Below are positions 20,256-32,338 of a stretch of DNA of 64,000 nucleotides, in pieces. The notes under the pieces are model-generated. The model did not search any database. It was not told the DNA's origin and saw nothing but the letters and a program-made list of their open reading frames with translations. Position 1 is the first letter of the stretch, and the number at the start of each line of letters is the position of its first letter. Made by a program: the position numbers and the translations under genes. This DNA is from TPA_inf: Saccharomyces (taxonomy: Eukaryota). The stretch lies in contig BK006946.2 in NCBI GenBank assembly GCA_000146045.2, forward strand, positions 800,001 to 864,000, read 5' to 3'.

Positions 20256-22454
20256 ATGACCACACAAATAAGGTCTCCCCAAGGCTTGCCGTATCCGATT
20301 CAGATCGATAAACTCATTCCAAGCGTAGGTTCGTACCTTCATGAGGGTGATAGGTTGCTTGTCTATAAGTTCTGGTATTTGGTGGAAAGGGCCTCAGACA
20401 CTGGTGACGATGATAACGAGCACGATGTTTCCCCCGGCGGCAGCGCCGGAAGTAATGGTGTCTCTCCGCCAACCAAACAACTGCGTGAATCCATAGAATT
20501 CTTCGAAAGTCCCTACGAGGGGGACTTGATTAGTTGGAATGTAGACGTAGGAGATGAAGTAGCCACTGCTAACCAAGTGATTTGCGAAATAAAAAGGCCA
20601 TGTAACCATGACATCGTGTATGGCGGGCTATGTACTCAATGCGGGAAAGAAGTTTCTGCAGATGCCTTCGATGGTGTACCACTAGACGTTGTCGGGGACG
20701 TGGATTTACAGATTAGCGAGACAGAAGCCATTAGAACAGGCAAGGCATTGAAGGAGCATTTGCGACGGGATAAGAAACTTATCTTAGTGGTGGATTTAGA
20801 TCAAACCATCATCCATTGTGGCGTGGACCCTACGATTGCAGAGTGGAAGAACGACCCCAATAATCCGAATTTTGAAACATTAAGAGACGTCAAGAGCTTT
20901 ACGTTGGATGAGGAGTTAGTACTCCCACTTATGTACATGAATGACGATGGTTCTATGCTGAGACCGCCTCCCGTAAGAAAATGTTGGTACTACGTGAAGG
21001 TAAGGCCCGGTTTAAAGGAATTTTTCGCTAAAGTGGCGCCTCTTTTTGAAATGCATATCTACACAATGGCTACAAGGGCTTATGCCTTGCAAATTGCCAA
21101 AATCGTGGACCCTACGGGCGAATTGTTTGGCGATAGAATTCTGTCGCGTGATGAAAATGGGTCTCTAACAACTAAATCATTAGCTAAACTTTTCCCCACT
21201 GACCAGTCAATGGTTGTAGTTATTGACGACAGAGGTGATGTTTGGAATTGGTGTCCAAACTTGATCAAAGTTGTTCCTTATAACTTCTTCGTTGGTGTAG
21301 GTGACATTAATTCTAATTTCTTGCCCAAACAATCTACAGGAATGCTACAACTAGGGAGGAAGACAAGACAGAAGAGCCAAGAATCTCAGGAACTGCTGAC
21401 GGATATTATGGATAACGAAAAAAAACTACAAGAAAAGATAGATAAAGAAGTTAAACGCCAAGAAGAAAAATTGAACCATCAACTGGCGACTGCTGAGGAG
21501 CCTCCTGCGAACGAATCCAAAGAAGAGTTGACCAAGAAACTAGAATATTCAGCATCTTTAGAAGTCCAACAACAAAATCGACCCTTGGCCAAACTACAAA
21601 AACACCTGCATGATCAAAAACTACTAGTTGATGACGATGATGAACTATACTACTTAATGGGTACGCTATCAAACATTCACAAAACTTATTATGATATGCT
21701 CTCACAACAAAATGAGCCAGAACCAAATCTGATGGAAATCATACCAAGTTTGAAGCAAAAAGTCTTCCAAAATTGCTATTTTGTTTTTTCAGGATTAATA
21801 CCCCTCGGGACCGATATTCAAAGGTCGGACATAGTGATATGGACGAGTACATTTGGTGCCACTTCCACTCCAGATATAGATTACCTGACGACACATTTAA
21901 TCACCAAGAACCCTAGCACTTATAAAGCGCGTCTAGCGAAAAAGTTCAACCCACAGATTAAAATTGTTCACCCAGATTGGATATTTGAGTGTTTGGTAAA
22001 TTGGAAAAAGGTGGATGAAAAACCCTACACGTTAATCGTGGACAGCCCCATCTCCGACGAGGAATTACAAAACTTTCAAACACAATTACAAAAAAGACAA
22101 GAATATCTGGAGGAGACCCAGGAACAACAGCATATGTTGACATCACAAGAAAATCTAAATTTATTCGCTGCTGGTACTTCATGGTTAAACAATGACGACG
22201 ATGAAGATATTCCGGACACAGCTAGCGACGACGACGAAGATGACGACCACGACGACGAAAGTGATGACGAAAACAACTCGGAAGGCATTGACAGAAAGAG
22301 GAGCATCGAGGACAATCATGATGATACATCACAAAAGAAGACCAAGGCGGAACCTTCTCAAGATGGTCCTGTACAACATAAAGGAGAAGGGGATGACAAC
22401 GAAGACAGCGATTCGCAGTTGGAGGAAGAGTTGATGGATATGCTGGATGATTAG
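20256..22454 (+). CDS. FCP1: RNA polymerase II CTD phosphatase (FCPH domain plus BRCT, acidic C-terminus)
   Basis: 732 aa. Catalytic DLDQTIIH (DxDxT) motif and an acidic D/E tail. Matches YMR277W. Confidence 0.9.
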   Translation: MTTQIRSPQGLPYPIQIDKLIPSVGSYLHEGDRLLVYKFWYLVERASDTGDDDNEHDVSPGGSAGSNGVSPPTKQLRESIEFFESPYEGDLISWNVDVGDEVATANQVICEIKRPCNHDIVYGGLCTQCGKEVSADAFDGVPLDVVGDVDLQISETEAIRTGKALKEHLRRDKKLILVVDLDQTIIHCGVDPTIAEWKNDPNNPNFETLRDVKSFTLDEELVLPLMYMNDDGSMLRPPPVRKCWYYVKVRPGLKEFFAKVAPLFEMHIYTMATRAYALQIAKIVDPTGELFGDRILSRDENGSLTTKSLAKLFPTDQSMVVVIDDRGDVWNWCPNLIKVVPYNFFVGVGDINSNFLPKQSTGMLQLGRKTRQKSQESQELLTDIMDNEKKLQEKIDKEVKRQEEKLNHQLATAEEPPANESKEELTKKLEYSASLEVQQQNRPLAKLQKHLHDQKLLVDDDDELYYLMGTLSNIHKTYYDMLSQQNEPEPNLMEIIPSLKQKVFQNCYFVFSGLIPLGTDIQRSDIVIWTSTFGATSTPDIDYLTTHLITKNPSTYKARLAKKFNPQIKIVHPDWIFECLVNWKKVDEKPYTLIVDSPISDEELQNFQTQLQKRQEYLEETQEQQHMLTSQENLNLFAAGTSWLNNDDDEDIPDTASDDDEDDDHDDESDDENNSEGIDRKRSIEDNHDDTSQKKTKAEPSQDGPVQHKGEGDDNEDSDSQLEEELMDMLDD

Positions 22455-22585
22455 CAGCTCAGATGCCGTATCTTTCCACACATTTTCCTCATTGGTCTTT
22501 GTACCTATAATTGTTCATATTATATATACGTTTGTAACAAATCGATAAATAGCAACAATATTTTTGCTTATTTTGATATCCTGAA

Positions 22586-22589
<4 letters not shown>

Positions 22590-22624
<35 letters not shown>

Positions 22625-22647
22625 ATTTCATTTCGTTTTTTTTTTTT
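22590..22647 (+). promoter_or_regulatory. Poly(dA:dT) tract (T34, a short spacer, then T12) in the FCP1-PGM3 intergenic region; likely a nucleosome-excluding element of the PGM3 promoter
   Basis: Homopolymer seen directly. Sits about 120-170 bp upstream of the PGM3 ATG. Confidence 0.5.
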
Positions 22648-22762
22648 GAACATTATATATTGTATTGTTTTCTCCCTGTAGCGAGAACTAATTGATTCTT
22701 TCTCCTTTCCCCCTAAATACTCAACAGTACTCTCGAGCCATTAGCTGCTGCAATTTCAAAAA

Positions 22763-24631
22763 ATGTTGCAAGGAATTTTAGAAACCGTACCATCTGACTT
22801 GAAAGATCCGATATCATTATGGTTTAAGCAAGACCGCAACCCAAAAACTATAGAAGAGGTCACCGCTCTCTGCAAAAAATCCGACTGGAATGAGTTACAC
22901 AAAAGATTTGATTCTAGAATTCAGTTTGGCACTGCTGGTTTAAGATCGCAAATGCAAGCTGGCTTTAGCAGGATGAATACTTTAGTAGTCATACAAGCGT
23001 CTCAGGGATTGGCAACTTATGTAAGACAACAGTTTCCAGACAATTTGGTAGCTGTTGTGGGACACGATCATAGATTCCATTCTAAGGAGTTCGCTAGAGC
23101 TACTGCTGCTGCATTTCTTTTAAAAGGATTTAAGGTACATTATTTGAATCCTGACCACGAATTTGTTCATACCCCTTTAGTTCCCTTTGCAGTGGATAAG
23201 CTAAAGGCCTCCGTTGGCGTAATGATAACAGCAAGTCACAACCCAAAAATGGATAATGGATATAAAGTATACTATTCCAATGGATGCCAAATCATTCCAC
23301 CTCACGATCATGCCATCTCTGATTCCATTGACGCAAATTTAGAACCATGGGCCAATGTGTGGGATTTCGACGATGTTCTAAATAAGGCTCTCAAACAAGG
23401 GAAATTGATGTATTCCAGAGAAGAAATGCTGAAGTTATATTTAGAGGAGGTTTCTAAAAATCTGGTAGAAATCAACCCATTAAAGCTTGAAGTAAAAGCC
23501 AAACCTTGGTTCGTTTACACTCCAATGCATGGGGTTGGATTTGACATTTTCAGCACCATCGTAAAAAAAACACTGTGCCTGGTAGAAGGTAAGGATTACC
23601 TATGTGTTCCTGAACAACAAAATCCAGATCCTTCTTTCCCAACTGTTGGATTTCCTAACCCTGAAGAAAAAGGTGCTTTAGACATTGGTATAAACTTGGC
23701 TGAAAAACATGACATTGACTTACTTGTTGCCAACGACCCTGACGCTGATAGATTCTCTGTTGCTGTTAAAGATATGCAGTCAGGCGAATGGCGACAACTA
23801 ACAGGTAACGAAATCGGTTTTCTTTTTGCATTTTATGAATATCAGAAATATAAAAGTATGGACAAAGAATTTCAGCACGTTCATCCGTTGGCTATGTTAA
23901 ATTCAACAGTGTCTTCACAAATGATAAAAAAAATGGCAGAAATAGAAGGGTTCCATTATGAGGATACATTAACAGGATTTAAGTGGATCGGAAATCGTGC
24001 CATACTCTTGGAAAAGAAAGGCTATTACGTTCCTTTTGGATTCGAGGAAGCAATAGGCTACATGTTTCCAGCAATGGAGCATGATAAGGATGGTATCAGT
24101 GCATCCATTGTCTTCTTGCAAGCCTACTGTAAGTGGAAAATAGACCACAATTTGGACCCGCTAAATGTCTTAGAAAATGGCTTCAAAAAATATGGCGTGT
24201 TCAAAGAGTACAATGGCTATTATGTCGTTCCAAATCCAACTGTTACAAAAGATATATTTGACTACATCAGGAATGTCTACACTCCTGAGGGCGCGTCATA
24301 TCCTTCATCTATTGGTGAAGAAATCGAAGTACTTTACTATCGAGATTTAACCACTGGTTACCAATCGGATACCATAAATCATAAACCTACTCTACCCGTC
24401 GATCCTACATCACAAATGATAACAGTATCTGCTAGACCAAGTAACGGTAGTGAGAATGAGCATATCCGCTTCACTATTCGCGGGTCCGGAACAGAACCAA
24501 AACTTAAAGTATATATTGAAGCTTGCGCAAATGAAGAACAAAGAGCCTCTTTCTTGGCGAAATTGACTTGGAATGTGCTGAGACGTGAATGGTTTAGACC
24601 AGATGAAATGAATATAGTTACAAAATTTTGA
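22763..24631 (+). CDS. PRM15: Phosphoglucomutase-family enzyme (phosphoribomutase)
   Basis: 622 aa. Alpha-D-phosphohexomutase active-site serine loop (TASHNP) and metal-binding DPDADR motif. Matches YMR278W (PGM3/PRM15). Confidence 0.85.
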   Translation: MLQGILETVPSDLKDPISLWFKQDRNPKTIEEVTALCKKSDWNELHKRFDSRIQFGTAGLRSQMQAGFSRMNTLVVIQASQGLATYVRQQFPDNLVAVVGHDHRFHSKEFARATAAAFLLKGFKVHYLNPDHEFVHTPLVPFAVDKLKASVGVMITASHNPKMDNGYKVYYSNGCQIIPPHDHAISDSIDANLEPWANVWDFDDVLNKALKQGKLMYSREEMLKLYLEEVSKNLVEINPLKLEVKAKPWFVYTPMHGVGFDIFSTIVKKTLCLVEGKDYLCVPEQQNPDPSFPTVGFPNPEEKGALDIGINLAEKHDIDLLVANDPDADRFSVAVKDMQSGEWRQLTGNEIGFLFAFYEYQKYKSMDKEFQHVHPLAMLNSTVSSQMIKKMAEIEGFHYEDTLTGFKWIGNRAILLEKKGYYVPFGFEEAIGYMFPAMEHDKDGISASIVFLQAYCKWKIDHNLDPLNVLENGFKKYGVFKEYNGYYVVPNPTVTKDIFDYIRNVYTPEGASYPSSIGEEIEVLYYRDLTTGYQSDTINHKPTLPVDPTSQMITVSARPSNGSENEHIRFTIRGSGTEPKLKVYIEACANEEQRASFLAKLTWNVLRREWFRPDEMNIVTKF

Positions 24632-24728
24632 TACTATTTTAACCTATACATTAAGACCAAGCGACTTAAAGAATGCCATTATATTTGTTGTTTGTACCTA
24701 CACTTATATCAATATACATTTAACTAGT

Positions 24729-26357
24729 TTATGCCTCCAAACTTCTATCTTCAGATTTTCTGTGTCGATTCCAAAGGTTTTCAAGCATGTAAGTCACACT
24801 AATCACAACACCAAGAGAAGCGAGCCCAACTCCCAGATATACAGCTGCTCGGTAACCTTTCAACAAATCATTGCCGCTTTTATTAATTTGGTGTTCAACA
24901 GTGCCTCCCATACCTAAACATAGAGACGCTGAATAATTAATAACGGTGTTTACTAATGATCCAGCCATACCTTGATACTGCATTGGAAGCCCGTCACTCA
25001 ATATAATGGATGATGCCGGGAAGGACAGGTCCATACCAAAACATAAGATAGCCTGCATCGCAAAGTTCAACTTCCAATAGCTTTGTTCCACTGGCAATAC
25101 ACTAAACATTATGGAACCAGCGTCAAATGCCATTAGTGAAAAACATAGTAGTAGAGCTGGTCCTAATCTCTTGATAGAAAAGGCAACGAAGAATGCAGCC
25201 ATGGATCCGAAAATTACGAAAACGAAATACGTACCTCCGGTCCAAACAGGACTGTAATGCCTCAAATTTAGTTGGAAGGAAACATAATAGAATGTCCAAA
25301 TACCAAACGACCCCCATCCCAGGAATACCGCCAATAATATCATAATCATATGACGGTTCTTCGTCATTGCACGTGGTAGAAGAGGAACCTCTGCGTATTT
25401 ACTTTCGTAAACAAAAAAAGCAACCAAGAATATCACAGATATTATCAAAAGAACAATGATATAAGGTTTGTCCCAGCCAACTATTGGTGCTTGATTCCAG
25501 ACAAAGTTGAAAAGAATCAGCCCGATAATGGCAAGCGCGGACCCAGTCCAATCCATCGAAAGCCCATGAATATTTGTGGGAACGTTGTTTGGGATGGAGT
25601 ACCATGCCATTAATAAACTTAGAAACGTTGCAATACCAAAGGCATAAAATACCCAAGGCCACTGATTGGGGTCTTCAGTGACAATTAACCCCCCGAATAA
25701 TCCACCAAACATGCCGCCTGTTGGAGCACATGCGCCGATGAAACTAATAACAATGTTCTTCCTGAATGAACCGACCTTATAAACATGACCAACAAGCCCC
25801 ATAATATTTGGTAAAATAAACGCAATTCCAACTCCTTGGAACGCACGGCTCGTAATGAAAAACGCGTCGCTATTAGAGTATTTGGAGAGACCAGAAATTA
25901 TAGACCAAACGATTACGATGACATAACCAACGATCAACATTTTCTTCAATCCATAAATATCTCCTAACCTCCCACTAATAAGGATGAACGACCCAGCAGC
26001 CAAGGGAAAAGATGCCATCAACCATGCCTGATTGTTTGCTTCTGAATTAAAGGATTTCGAAAGAACGTTCATTATACAGAGAGCGTGTGTTTGGCCCGCT
26101 TGATTCAATAACTGTGCCAACATGCATGTCGCTATGAACATTAATTCTTTCCCAAAGGAACTGAAGTAAGTGGGGTCCTGCCATGGTGAGTCATTGGTCA
26201 CTTGAGTTGATTTGGTTGAAGAAACAATTGTTGTCACCTCTTCATCTTCTGTGGAAACCACTACTTTATCTTTTGCTTTCACTGTAATTTTCTCATCTAT
26301 CTCAGAGTCCGTGCCCTGCACGCTCGTTTTCTTTTTGAAGATTGAAAACATTTCCAA
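24729..26357 (-). CDS. ATR2: Major-facilitator-superfamily (DHA2-like) transporter, ATR1 paralogue
   Basis: 542 aa with about 14 predicted TM helices. Matches YMR279C by position. Confidence 0.75.
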   Translation of the reverse strand: MEMFSIFKKKTSVQGTDSEIDEKITVKAKDKVVVSTEDEEVTTIVSSTKSTQVTNDSPWQDPTYFSSFGKELMFIATCMLAQLLNQAGQTHALCIMNVLSKSFNSEANNQAWLMASFPLAAGSFILISGRLGDIYGLKKMLIVGYVIVIVWSIISGLSKYSNSDAFFITSRAFQGVGIAFILPNIMGLVGHVYKVGSFRKNIVISFIGACAPTGGMFGGLFGGLIVTEDPNQWPWVFYAFGIATFLSLLMAWYSIPNNVPTNIHGLSMDWTGSALAIIGLILFNFVWNQAPIVGWDKPYIIVLLIISVIFLVAFFVYESKYAEVPLLPRAMTKNRHMIMILLAVFLGWGSFGIWTFYYVSFQLNLRHYSPVWTGGTYFVFVIFGSMAAFFVAFSIKRLGPALLLCFSLMAFDAGSIMFSVLPVEQSYWKLNFAMQAILCFGMDLSFPASSIILSDGLPMQYQGMAGSLVNTVINYSASLCLGMGGTVEHQINKSGNDLLKGYRAAVYLGVGLASLGVVISVTYMLENLWNRHRKSEDRSLEA

Positions 26358-27027
26358 TCAGATCTTTGAGTTGTATGTTTGGTGTGCTTAGATTGGTTTC
26401 CAGAACTAGCCATGGTTAAAAGATCTATTTCCATTGCCTTATATACCTATTTTTGTCCAAGCCAAATGTCTCTGAGTATTTCCTCGAAAAACTGATATGA
26501 AAGAAAATTTAGTTCGTAACCATGGCAATACTATAGCATAATCTTCGTCATGCCATTGTTATCTCATAAATAAAACTCCTATAACAAAGCAAAAAAAGTT
26601 TACGCGTTCTACGGACATTTGTGTAGGAAAAATAAAGATTTTACTTAATCAATATACGAGCCACGTTTTTGGCGTCGCATTGTCGGCGCTATTTATGCGC
26701 ACCCCTGTTGCCTTCTCTTCCCTTCCGTGCAGCCTCCGCGCTGTCAGATGGTCCTCCGGTAACGTAACCATGGGAACTAGCAAAAAAATTTCCTAATCTG
26801 AAATGTAGTTCCATTAATAAATCTGAGGAACATGGGCGCTGCATCAAGATGTGTTTTGGCGTCGTCTTTGTTATCTTTTCTTTTTTCCAACAATAAATTT
26901 GGCTGTTCATAAGGTGAACGAAAGCTACGGCAATTGCCCTATTAAGAAATTATACGTAAGAATGTTATTTGTTTCATGAATATTTAGAGGATTCCGTTTT
27001 GAATATATTACACTATGAAATAAAGAA

Positions 27028-30000
27028 TTATTTGGCGTTTTGCCATTGGAATAAATCAGATACATTATCTGTGTTGGAACTTCCGCCACCAGAACTTTTT
27101 GATCGATCTGTATTGTAACGATTTTTCTGAGGCCGTCTTGGACCACGGTGGGACGCCGAGGGCCCTGAAGAGGTCCTTCTCATTTGAAACAGTGTAGAAG
27201 GTGTATCCAACTGGTTGCCAGTTGCACTCTTTGAGTTCTCTTGAGAACTACTGTCACCTTTTGAATCATTGCCCGATGAAAGAGATCTTTGATTGCTGGT
27301 ATTTCTCGTACTTACGGAGGATACCATCCCTTGACTTAAAATTGAGTCGGTAGGATTCAATACTTCTCTGGCATTCATGCGTGACCGATCCAAGTCATCG
27401 TTAAATGTCGTATCTAGGATGATGCTGTTTTTACTTCGATTTGACGTAGTAGACGTCGTGTTGGTATTTGAGATATCGGGCGTATCCACTAATAAAGGAG
27501 CCAACCCAAGTGATGCATCTACAATGTAATCATAGTCGACCCCAGAATAATTGACATTTGTCATGAAATTGTTAAAATTACCTAAATCGTTGAAATCACA
27601 GTTGTCCATTCCATGCTTTGTACTTCCAAGGATACTGCCTTGGCTGGTATTACTGCCAGTTGAAGGTGGTTTGAAGTTGGCACCTGCATTTGTAACGGCT
27701 TTTTTATTTGTTCCCGGATCCGCTGACGCGGAGTTCTGATCATTTTGGTATAAAAAGTTGTTAATACTAATATTCGAGAAAGAATTATCGTTGTTCAGCA
27801 ATCTCATTAGCTTTGTTAGGCTGTAGTTACTCTTGTTGTTGAAAGAGAGATTATTCTTTTCCATATTCGTACTTTTTCCTTTCTGATGAAATTGGTTGTT
27901 TTTTGAATTCTCAGGGTTTTGCTTAATAACGGGTTCTAATTGTTCCGGTTTAGAGTCCATATTATCCTTCATTAGATCTAAATTACTTGGTAGACTGAAT
28001 ATCGCATCCATGTGCATAGGCTTATTCTCAATCGTGTTTTGACCTATATTGGAGTTACCGGTCTGTAAGAATGGTGCCATATTTAAAAAGCTTAAGTTCT
28101 CTATATTGGCATCCGTGGCATCTGTAGAAGCTCTGTTACACACATCCACGTTGCCATTATTAGTATTCGTACAATTCGGTCCTTCAGGATGGGTGAACAG
28201 CGCAGTAAGGTCTGTATTACTAAACGAAAATGGAAACAGATTGCTGGTGGACATGTTTTTTTTGGTATCATTCTGGAAATTATGTGCGTTCTCCCCCTTG
28301 GATATACCGCCATCTTTTGCATTTCGTTTTGCATCTTTTTCATACTTTAATCTCTTATTACCATTAGTTGTATTTGTCATTGGAGAGTGACCCGCTTCAG
28401 AATTATTGTTATTATTACTATCGTTTCCATAAAGATACTCGTGTTCTGGGTTTTCTCTTTTGACATTAGGTGTTCTTTGTCTATTTTCCAGGCTGTTCTT
28501 CGATTGAGAGCCAAATAATGGTTTTAAGGATGTGGTTGTGGCCGGTGGTAACCCCATCAATCTATTGTAGTAATTCAATTTCTTTTCCAAGAATTTATCC
28601 AGTCTTTCAACCTTAACATTAGGTGCTTTCAACAACAGGTTGATGCTCATGTCAAACAGTTTCAGCGTGTGCCAAGAGGCAATTCCAGGTAAATCCAAAA
28701 GCCTATCGTTTTCGATATCTTTGATGGTGTCGAGGAGAAGATTTTTATTATCTAAGAATAACGCACCACCTTTGGTATATTCCAAAGAACCTCTAGCACA
28801 GAGCAAAGAAAATCTGATTAACGTTCTTGATACATTCAATGGCAAAGGTAAATACATGGAATTAATGGCCTGGAAAATCGTAAGCGTTGCATTGGTAGCT
28901 TGTTGTAAAATGATATATGAGGATGATGTCCTTATAGCAGGAGAAGTCATATCAACATCTAATATCATGTGGTCCTGGTTGGTTGCGCCTTTAGAGTCGT
29001 TGTTGAACATTGACTGTTTCTTCTTTGTGGCATTATCAACATTCTTAGGCAAAGGTTTGGTTGCAATAACCGGTAAATGTATCATAGATTTGGCCAAGAA
29101 ATAAAACAGCAATAGAATCTTCTTTTCAAATAATATTATGTCTTTCTTATCAAATTTGGTCTCAGTATTTCTTTGATTGGTTGCTCTAATCTCGTCTAAA
29201 TTCACAGTTCCGTTTACAGTTATTTGAAAGTAGTACATTTCGGGAAGTTGATTTCTCCAGTTATCCAGTGCGTTTTCATGTACTAATGCAACTTCAGAAG
29301 TTATACGTTCATCCATCATTCCTCTCTTAAAAATCGAGTCTAGAATGTTACCTAATATTTTCGCAAATCTGATTATCTGCAATGAAAAGCTTGAAACTTG
29401 ACCTTGCAGTTGAATCTTTTTAGCTTTTTTATCTGCTTTTTCATTTTCCATAGATAACTGATCCTTATACTCAACATCAGAAATTGGTAATGCACATTCA
29501 ATATCAAAATCCTTAAGTAAACGAGGAACACCAAGTTGCAATGAGGCAAAAACGTCAACGTAATAAATTGCCCAAAACAGTAATCTCCTCTCGCTTTGCT
29601 CAAATTTTTGTAGAACTGGGTTAGAGTGTACACTTAATACGGCACTAGGACATCTGTGAAGTCTCAATTGTTGTGCCATAGAAACAATACGGCCTCTTAC
29701 CCCATAGATTGCCGAAATATCACCCACGTTTAAATAATAAAAGGATGCCAAAGATAACAATTGTAAGGATGGTAATGAAGTTGTGGACATATTTAAAAAA
29801 TAAGGATTTTTAGGAATTATTAGGGAAAGCTGATGATAATATGCCATCAATCTAGCATATTTGGCCTTCGGATTCTTCGGTACAGTGTATTTTATTTTTT
29901 CCATTTTAATCTTAACGAGTAACCCCATTTGTAACATCATCAGAAGCTTTAGGGCAAATATTTCATGATTAGTGGTGACTGTACTTTTAGTAGTGTTATT

Positions 30001-31329
30001 CGTCTCCAAATTTTCTGTAGATAAATGCTTCACGACTTCAACAAAATTGTTGAAATATATTAAGAAGTGGTCATTGTTTAGAATTGGTACCTGATTAGAC
30101 CAAAATTTGAAAAAAAGGTGTAAAAGCTCTTTAATTTCAGTGAGGGAAAGTAGTTCATCATCCTGATCATTAGCCGGCTTTTCTGATTGCTTTGAAAACG
30201 AGTTAATGTTAAATTTCAAAGAAATTAAAAACTTTTTCAAATCGACAAACTCGGAGAGGTTTGTGCTTTGAAACCTTTTCACAAAAGCCGAATCATCATC
30301 AAGTTTTTTATCTTCATCTTTCTCCTTTAACTTGGTTGATGTTGAAGGTGCTAGAAGCCGTGGTGCTGGCAATCTATTTTTCAATGAAGATAATAATGAA
30401 ACCGTATACAAACATTGCTTTGAGTTGAAACCAAATATTTGTCTTATCCTAGTTAAAAGCTGAGGAATAAACAGAATTTCTTCAGTAGATCTTGGGATGG
30501 ATAAAGAAACTAAAGTTGCCAATTGAGTGCTACGTTGATGAGTCGTCATTGATTTTAATGCCTTTACCGCAGGAAGACCAGGTGCCTCGTCCTGTTCAAA
30601 AGATATAGCGGTTGGATCGTTTAAACTCGTAGAAGTAGGCTTGACGTGTAAATGATTTGTACAGGAAACGCCGTCACAAAGATGGTCTTTGTGTGGCGGT
30701 GGAGGTGGTGCCCCCAATGGACTCATTGCAGAACCGCTATTATCACCATCCATTTTGCCATTTTGTAGCTGCTTATTAACCGTTTGATTTAATAAATAGA
30801 TATTTGTAGAAGACAGATTCAATGGAGCATCTTTCAAATCATGTTTGAAATTGCCATTTATGGTATTATCCGTTGATGTCTGTGGTCGCGACTGTGAAAC
30901 AAGGCTTATTTGCTGTTCTTTGATATCACACAAAGCTAGCAAACGCTTATTCTCTGCCTCCAGTTCGCGTACTCTTTCTTCCAGGCTTTCTGTGTACCCT
31001 TTTGGATACGCTTTCCTCAGTAATTTATCGCTTATTCTGCATTCAAATCCGACAGCAGCACACTGCGAACACTGTGGTCTTTTTCCATCGCACCTTGTTT
31101 TCTTAGATCGACACCTGTCACAAGCTTGAGCTATCCTGTAAATAGGTGTAGATAAAGGAGTCGGAGAAGCTGTCTTGATCATTGCTTCCTTCACGTTCTT
31201 GGAAAAATGAGGGTTTGCCTCCGAACTTGAAGTTCTATTAGATATGCTAGGACCGCTAAGCGCTTGTGAACCCAGAGTTCTAATGACTCTGGGTTCCAAA
31301 CCTTGTCGATCAGAATTATTATTTGCCAT
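27028..31329 (-). CDS. CAT8: Zn2Cys6 zinc-cluster transcriptional activator of gluconeogenic (CSRE) genes
   Basis: 1433 aa. N-terminal [28 protein letters not shown] zinc cluster followed by a coiled-coil. Matches YMR280C. Confidence 0.9.
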   Translation of the reverse strand: MANNNSDRQGLEPRVIRTLGSQALSGPSISNRTSSSEANPHFSKNVKEAMIKTASPTPLSTPIYRIAQACDRCRSKKTRCDGKRPQCSQCAAVGFECRISDKLLRKAYPKGYTESLEERVRELEAENKRLLALCDIKEQQISLVSQSRPQTSTDNTINGNFKHDLKDAPLNLSSTNIYLLNQTVNKQLQNGKMDGDNSGSAMSPLGAPPPPPHKDHLCDGVSCTNHLHVKPTSTSLNDPTAISFEQDEAPGLPAVKALKSMTTHQRSTQLATLVSLSIPRSTEEILFIPQLLTRIRQIFGFNSKQCLYTVSLLSSLKNRLPAPRLLAPSTSTKLKEKDEDKKLDDDSAFVKRFQSTNLSEFVDLKKFLISLKFNINSFSKQSEKPANDQDDELLSLTEIKELLHLFFKFWSNQVPILNNDHFLIYFNNFVEVVKHLSTENLETNNTTKSTVTTNHEIFALKLLMMLQMGLLVKIKMEKIKYTVPKNPKAKYARLMAYYHQLSLIIPKNPYFLNMSTTSLPSLQLLSLASFYYLNVGDISAIYGVRGRIVSMAQQLRLHRCPSAVLSVHSNPVLQKFEQSERRLLFWAIYYVDVFASLQLGVPRLLKDFDIECALPISDVEYKDQLSMENEKADKKAKKIQLQGQVSSFSLQIIRFAKILGNILDSIFKRGMMDERITSEVALVHENALDNWRNQLPEMYYFQITVNGTVNLDEIRATNQRNTETKFDKKDIILFEKKILLLFYFLAKSMIHLPVIATKPLPKNVDNATKKKQSMFNNDSKGATNQDHMILDVDMTSPAIRTSSSYIILQQATNATLTIFQAINSMYLPLPLNVSRTLIRFSLLCARGSLEYTKGGALFLDNKNLLLDTIKDIENDRLLDLPGIASWHTLKLFDMSINLLLKAPNVKVERLDKFLEKKLNYYNRLMGLPPATTTSLKPLFGSQSKNSLENRQRTPNVKRENPEHEYLYGNDSNNNNNSEAGHSPMTNTTNGNKRLKYEKDAKRNAKDGGISKGENAHNFQNDTKKNMSTSNLFPFSFSNTDLTALFTHPEGPNCTNTNNGNVDVCNRASTDATDANIENLSFLNMAPFLQTGNSNIGQNTIENKPMHMDAIFSLPSNLDLMKDNMDSKPEQLEPVIKQNPENSKNNQFHQKGKSTNMEKNNLSFNNKSNYSLTKLMRLLNNDNSFSNISINNFLYQNDQNSASADPGTNKKAVTNAGANFKPPSTGSNTSQGSILGSTKHGMDNCDFNDLGNFNNFMTNVNYSGVDYDYIVDASLGLAPLLVDTPDISNTNTTSTTSNRSKNSIILDTTFNDDLDRSRMNAREVLNPTDSILSQGMVSSVSTRNTSNQRSLSSGNDSKGDSSSQENSKSATGNQLDTPSTLFQMRRTSSGPSASHRGPRRPQKNRYNTDRSKSSGGGSSNTDNVSDLFQWQNAK

Positions 31330-31538
31330 AATTTTGTGTCTTGTCTTTTACTCAACTTGTAAATTCTCTTTAGGGTGTTGTAACTGTTTATGAAGAAATA
31401 AATACCGTAATGAATTATTAAATTATTAAATTCTTCGTCTTTTTACAATATCACAGGTTTAAAGGGGAGTTTAACAAAATCTACTATTTTACGGCTGTTT
31501 TCTTTTTTTGAGTGTCACTGACCAATCATGCTTTCGTA

Positions 31539-31550
31539 CCCCACAAAATA
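31539..31550 (-). promoter_or_regulatory. Candidate Mig1 site (GC box GTGGGG with a 5' AT-rich flank on the minus strand) in the CAT8 upstream region
   Basis: Plus strand reads CCCCACaaaatat, the complement of WWWWWNSYGGRG. It lies about 210 bp upstream of the CAT8 ATG. CAT8 is known to be glucose-repressed via Mig1 (established knowledge). The site assignment is my inference. Confidence 0.3.
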
Positions 31551-32338
31551 TCAGCCCCGCCGCTCCATGCATGTCTCGGTTATCGCTTAATACGAATATA
31601 ATCACTGAGAACCTCGGCGGCAAAAATATTTACCAATAGGCAAATTAAACACCGAAAAAAAGAAGTTTCAAGTAGAAGATTATCCCGAATACCAAAAAAT
31701 TGCACGAGAAAGAATGTCTTTTTATGATTTATTGCTTATAATACTCAATTACTCTGGTTTTCTCCGTTCCTGTTACGCACATAAACTCTCTCTGTCTCTG
31801 ATATCACAACTCATATCGCGAATAAACACCGGATAGAAAGAAGTGAGAGGAGCTACGATAACTGAATATACTCTTTCATCAAAAGTAATGTGCTAATAAA
31901 AAGAAATGTTGCACCATCTTAACAGATGTAAAAATGTTCTGCAGAAGGAAAGTTGTGTAATCATACACATTCAATAGTATAAGTCGTATCACAATCTGAT
32001 GATAAAAGTTGTTACCTCTTTTAACTGCCTCTGATCCTTTTCACATTCAGTAATTTCTCGTAGATGTATATGTGCGAATGTGTCAATGTGTTTGTATGAA
32101 ATAAACTAGTAGCCGGGTAACAAGTACTCCTAAATTCCCGCTTCGCCGTTTCTATCTCATTGGAGTCGTCCCTTCTAGAAGGTTTACTAGTTACGTTAAC
32201 GTCATAGAAAAAGGAAAATCGACGCTGCGCTTTTATTTATAATCTTGCATTGCCCTCCTTATTTATCGAATTGTTAAGTGTAGATAGGTGACGCTAGAGC
32301 CGTATATTAGATTCTTTCAAACCCTGAAGAAAAGTTAA

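Noticed and set aside
31555-31560. Second GC box CCCCGC in the CAT8 promoter as an independent Mig1 site
   Set aside because: The AT-rich flank is on the wrong side in both orientations. Kept only as a possible half of a composite site.
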